Assembly (NCBI GenBank): GCA_017442305.1
Contig: JAFRZY010000001.1
Location: forward strand, 2,632-66,631
Reading direction: 5' to 3'
DNA: 64,000 nt
DNA from: Bacilli bacterium
GTDB taxonomy: Bacteria; Bacillota_I; Bacilli_A; RF39; UBA660
Shown here: positions 61,915 through 64,000 of the stretch, one piece after another
Position numbering within the stretch: the stretch's first letter is position 1
Layout: every line of letters begins with the position of its first letter
Translations under genes and position numbers: made by a program
The notes under the pieces: generated by a model
What the model was told of the DNA's origin: nothing
Databases searched by the model: none
What the model saw: only the letters and a program-made list of their open reading frames with translations

Positions 61915-62512
61915 TGTATTTAAGTTTTATGAATGGGAGAATTATGATCCAATTGAATTAATAAAAAAAATTCCTATATTTAGAGTAAATAGTAAAACTT
62001 TACACGATTTTTATTTATATGATGTTTTAGTTTCTTTAACTTTTTTAGAAAGCTTAAAAGATAAAACAATTCTTAAGAACAACAAACTTAATAAAACGTT
62101 AAAATATGCTTGCTTATTATGTGATTGTAAAAATGTTTTAGTGGTAGAGTTTAATGATTCAGGTAAGATAATTGGCCGCAGTAATTTATTACTAGATGAT
62201 GAAGCTAATATAATTGAGTTTATATATAATTATAAAGAAAGTAAAATGTTATATCAAAAAGAAGATAAAATAAAAATTACAAATTCGTTAAGGCAAGAAG
62301 AAATGATAAAAAAAGTAATTAGATTAGAATTAAAAACTGTCGCAGATAAAAAAAATGCTAGTAAATTAAAATATTTATTTAATGAGCTTTTTGGCTATGA
62401 AGAAAATAATATAAACAAAATAAAGGAATTAATAGAAGCTGAGTTAAAATTAGGAATAAATATTAATCTAAAAAAAATTTATGATTTAATCGTGTTGTCA
62501 TATAATAATTAA
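61871..62512 (+). CDS. Hypothetical protein
   Basis: 213 aa. An alternative start at ATG 61901 would reduce the overlap with the upstream gene. No family recognised. Confidence 0.5.
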   Translation: MDYCHDILINMEEDNVFKFYEWENYDPIELIKKIPIFRVNSKTLHDFYLYDVLVSLTFLESLKDKTILKNNKLNKTLKYACLLCDCKNVLVVEFNDSGKIIGRSNLLLDDEANIIEFIYNYKESKMLYQKEDKIKITNSLRQEEMIKKVIRLELKTVADKKNASKLKYLFNELFGYEENNINKIKELIEAELKLGININLKKIYDLIVLSYNN

Positions 62513-62527
62513 AAATAGGTCTTGGAT

Positions 62528-63514
62528 TTATCTTCCAAGGCCTATTTTTTTGTATACTTCTTTAACTTTAGCTTCTGCAATTGGTAAAACTTTATTAATA
62601 CCGTTATTTAAAACTTCATCAACTAGATTACTATTAATAATTTCGTTATATTTTGTTTGAATATTTGTAAGTAATTCTACTACGACATCAGCAACTCGAG
62701 TTTTAAAGGTGCCATAGTTGCATCCTGAAAATTCTTTTTCAATTTCAGCAAATGATTTATTGGTTAATGTACTATAGATTGTCATCAAGTTTGATATTCC
62801 TGGTTTATTGATTTCATCATATTTAACGATTGCTTCGCTATCAGTTACAGCACTCATTATTTTTTTGCGAGCTATTTCTGGTTCTTCCAATAGTAAAATG
62901 TATCCTTTAGGATTTTCTTCAGTTTTACTCATTTTTTTAGTTGGATTTTGCAAGTCTTTAATTTTTTCTCCAACTTTTGGAATAACAGGTTTAGGTATTT
63001 TAAAAGTTTCTCCATATTTGTGGTTAAAACGTTCTGCTATATTACGAGCAAGTTCTACGTGTTGTTTTTGGTCAATTCCTGTTGGAACAACATCAGCATC
63101 ATAAATGATAATATCACTTGCCATTAGTACTGGATAAGTATAAAGTCCGCAACCAATTGATTCATTATTCTTTCCCTGACTTTTATCTTTAAATTGAGTC
63201 ATTCTATTTAATTCCCCAATATATGAATTACACTCTAAAACCCATGATAGAGCTGTATGATATAAATTTTCTGATTGTAAAAATATAGTATTTTCTTTAG
63301 GATCTAAGCCGCATGCTAAATATAAAGCTACAAGTTTTTTAATTCTTTCTTTTAAAATTTCTGGGTCATTGTGTACAGTTATAGCATGTAGATCTGCTAC
63401 AAAAATAAATGATTCATAATTCTTTTGCATTTCAATAAATTGTCTTATTGAACCAATATAATTTCCTAATGTTAATTCTCCTGTTGGTTTAATACCACTA
63501 AGTAATCTTTCCAT
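62528..63514 (-). CDS. trpS: Tryptophanyl-tRNA synthetase
   Basis: 328 aa. GIKPTGELTLGNYIG (HIGH-class motif) and KMSKT. The upstream region is too short for a T-box. Confidence 0.95.
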   Translation of the reverse strand: MERLLSGIKPTGELTLGNYIGSIRQFIEMQKNYESFIFVADLHAITVHNDPEILKERIKKLVALYLACGLDPKENTIFLQSENLYHTALSWVLECNSYIGELNRMTQFKDKSQGKNNESIGCGLYTYPVLMASDIIIYDADVVPTGIDQKQHVELARNIAERFNHKYGETFKIPKPVIPKVGEKIKDLQNPTKKMSKTEENPKGYILLLEEPEIARKKIMSAVTDSEAIVKYDEINKPGISNLMTIYSTLTNKSFAEIEKEFSGCNYGTFKTRVADVVVELLTNIQTKYNEIINSNLVDEVLNNGINKVLPIAEAKVKEVYKKIGLGR

Positions 63515-63594
63515 AACATCACCTTTAATAATTTTACCATAAAATGTATAAAAATTAAATAGGAATACATAATAATAACAAAAGGAGAATAGAA

Positions 63595-64000
63595 ATGAAA
63601 AAAATATTTATTATGGTAGTTTCTTGTTTATTATTAGTAGGATGCAGTTTGACTGAAGAAAAAGCTTCTGATGCAGTTAAAAAATATTTGCATCAATATA
63701 ACAATTTAGGTGATATAGTTTTAGCGGATATAGCAACGTTAGTAGATAGTGAAGAGTTAAATGATGAACAGAAGAAAGTATATGAGGACGTATTAAAAAA
63801 ACAATATCAAGATTTAAGTTATGAAATTGTTAATGAAGAATATAATGGAGATACAGCAGAAGTAGAAGTTAATATTACGGTTTATGATTTATATAAGGCT
63901 CAAACTGATGCTGCCACATATTTGTCAAATAATTTAGATGAATTTAATGACGAAACTGGTTCATATGACAATGAAAAATATTTAGATTATAAACTAGAAC
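63595..64000 (+). CDS. Lipoprotein (5' part, runs off the window end)
   Basis: ATG 63595 with SD aaaggag. MKKIFIMVVSCLLLVGC lipobox. Open to the window end, hence absent from the ORF track. Confidence 0.6.
   Translation, partial: MKKIFIMVVSCLLLVGCSLTEEKASDAVKKYLHQYNNLGDIVLADIATLVDSEELNDEQKKVYEDVLKKQYQDLSYEIVNEEYNGDTAEVEVNITVYDLYKAQTDAATYLSNNLDEFNDETGSYDNEKYLDYKLE

Noticed and set aside
61672-62512. Considered the 44-nt overlap between the 80-aa membrane ORF and the 213-aa ORF as a possible frameshifted single gene.
   Set aside because: An internal ATG at 61901 gives a conventional short overlap, and the two products have unrelated character (membrane versus soluble). There is no evidence for a frameshift.
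1-64000. Considered genetic code 4 (TGA=Trp), because of the extreme AT content and possible Mollicutes affinity.
   Set aside because: All conserved genes (four aaRS genes, trmB, uppP, rmuC, virB4, virD4) are full length under code 11 with normal termini. Cell-wall and sporulation genes are present.

Overview
This is a 64-kb window from a very AT-rich, low-GC Gram-positive (Bacillota-like) chromosome. It uses the standard code 11, because all long housekeeping ORFs are intact without TGA read-through. Sporulation-type markers (Cse60-like small ORF, CotZ/CotY/ExsY-like Cys-rich protein, FtsW/RodA/SpoVE, YtgP/SpoVB-like flippase) and T-box leaders upstream of thrS, leuS and tyrS suggest a spore-forming Clostridia/Erysipelotrichia-like organism. 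The backbone genes are thrS, leuS, tyrS, trpS, trmB, ftsW/rodA-family, uppP, rmuC, a GH31 hydrolase, a TIGR01212-type radical SAM gene, a ytxG/ytxH-like pair and a gtrA / GT-C / GT2 surface-glycosylation trio. Two accessory segments stand out. (1) 35.5-58.1 kb, possibly extending to 60.8 kb, is an uninterrupted same-strand array. It joins a Tad/Flp-like (type IVc) pilus module to a Gram-positive-type type IV secretion module. The Tad part has a CpaB-like protein, a CpaF/TadA ATPase, TadB- and TadC-like proteins, two Cys-rich non-canonical pilins, pseudopilin-like paralogs and a TadZ-like protein. The T4SS part has VirB2/Maff2-like hairpin proteins, a VirB6-like protein, a VirB3-like protein, a VirB4 split into two ORFs, an M23+lysozyme hydrolase and a VirD4 coupling protein. 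The array is preceded by a 1044-aa Cys-rich secreted protein. I could find no relaxase, integrase, tRNA or flanking repeat. I consider this the best candidate for an undescribed system: a pilus-equipped, relaxase-less contact/transfer apparatus in a monoderm. (2) 0-14.7 kb is a defence-island-like stretch. It holds a truncated HTH+NACHT/STAND NTPase, an ABC-exporter operon, an orphan 511-aa protein with two RNxxxHGN (HEPN R-x4-H) motifs and no CRISPR array, and a small cold-shock/OB-like protein translationally coupled to a 1256-aa protein of unknown family. All functional calls come from motif reading by eye. No database search was run.
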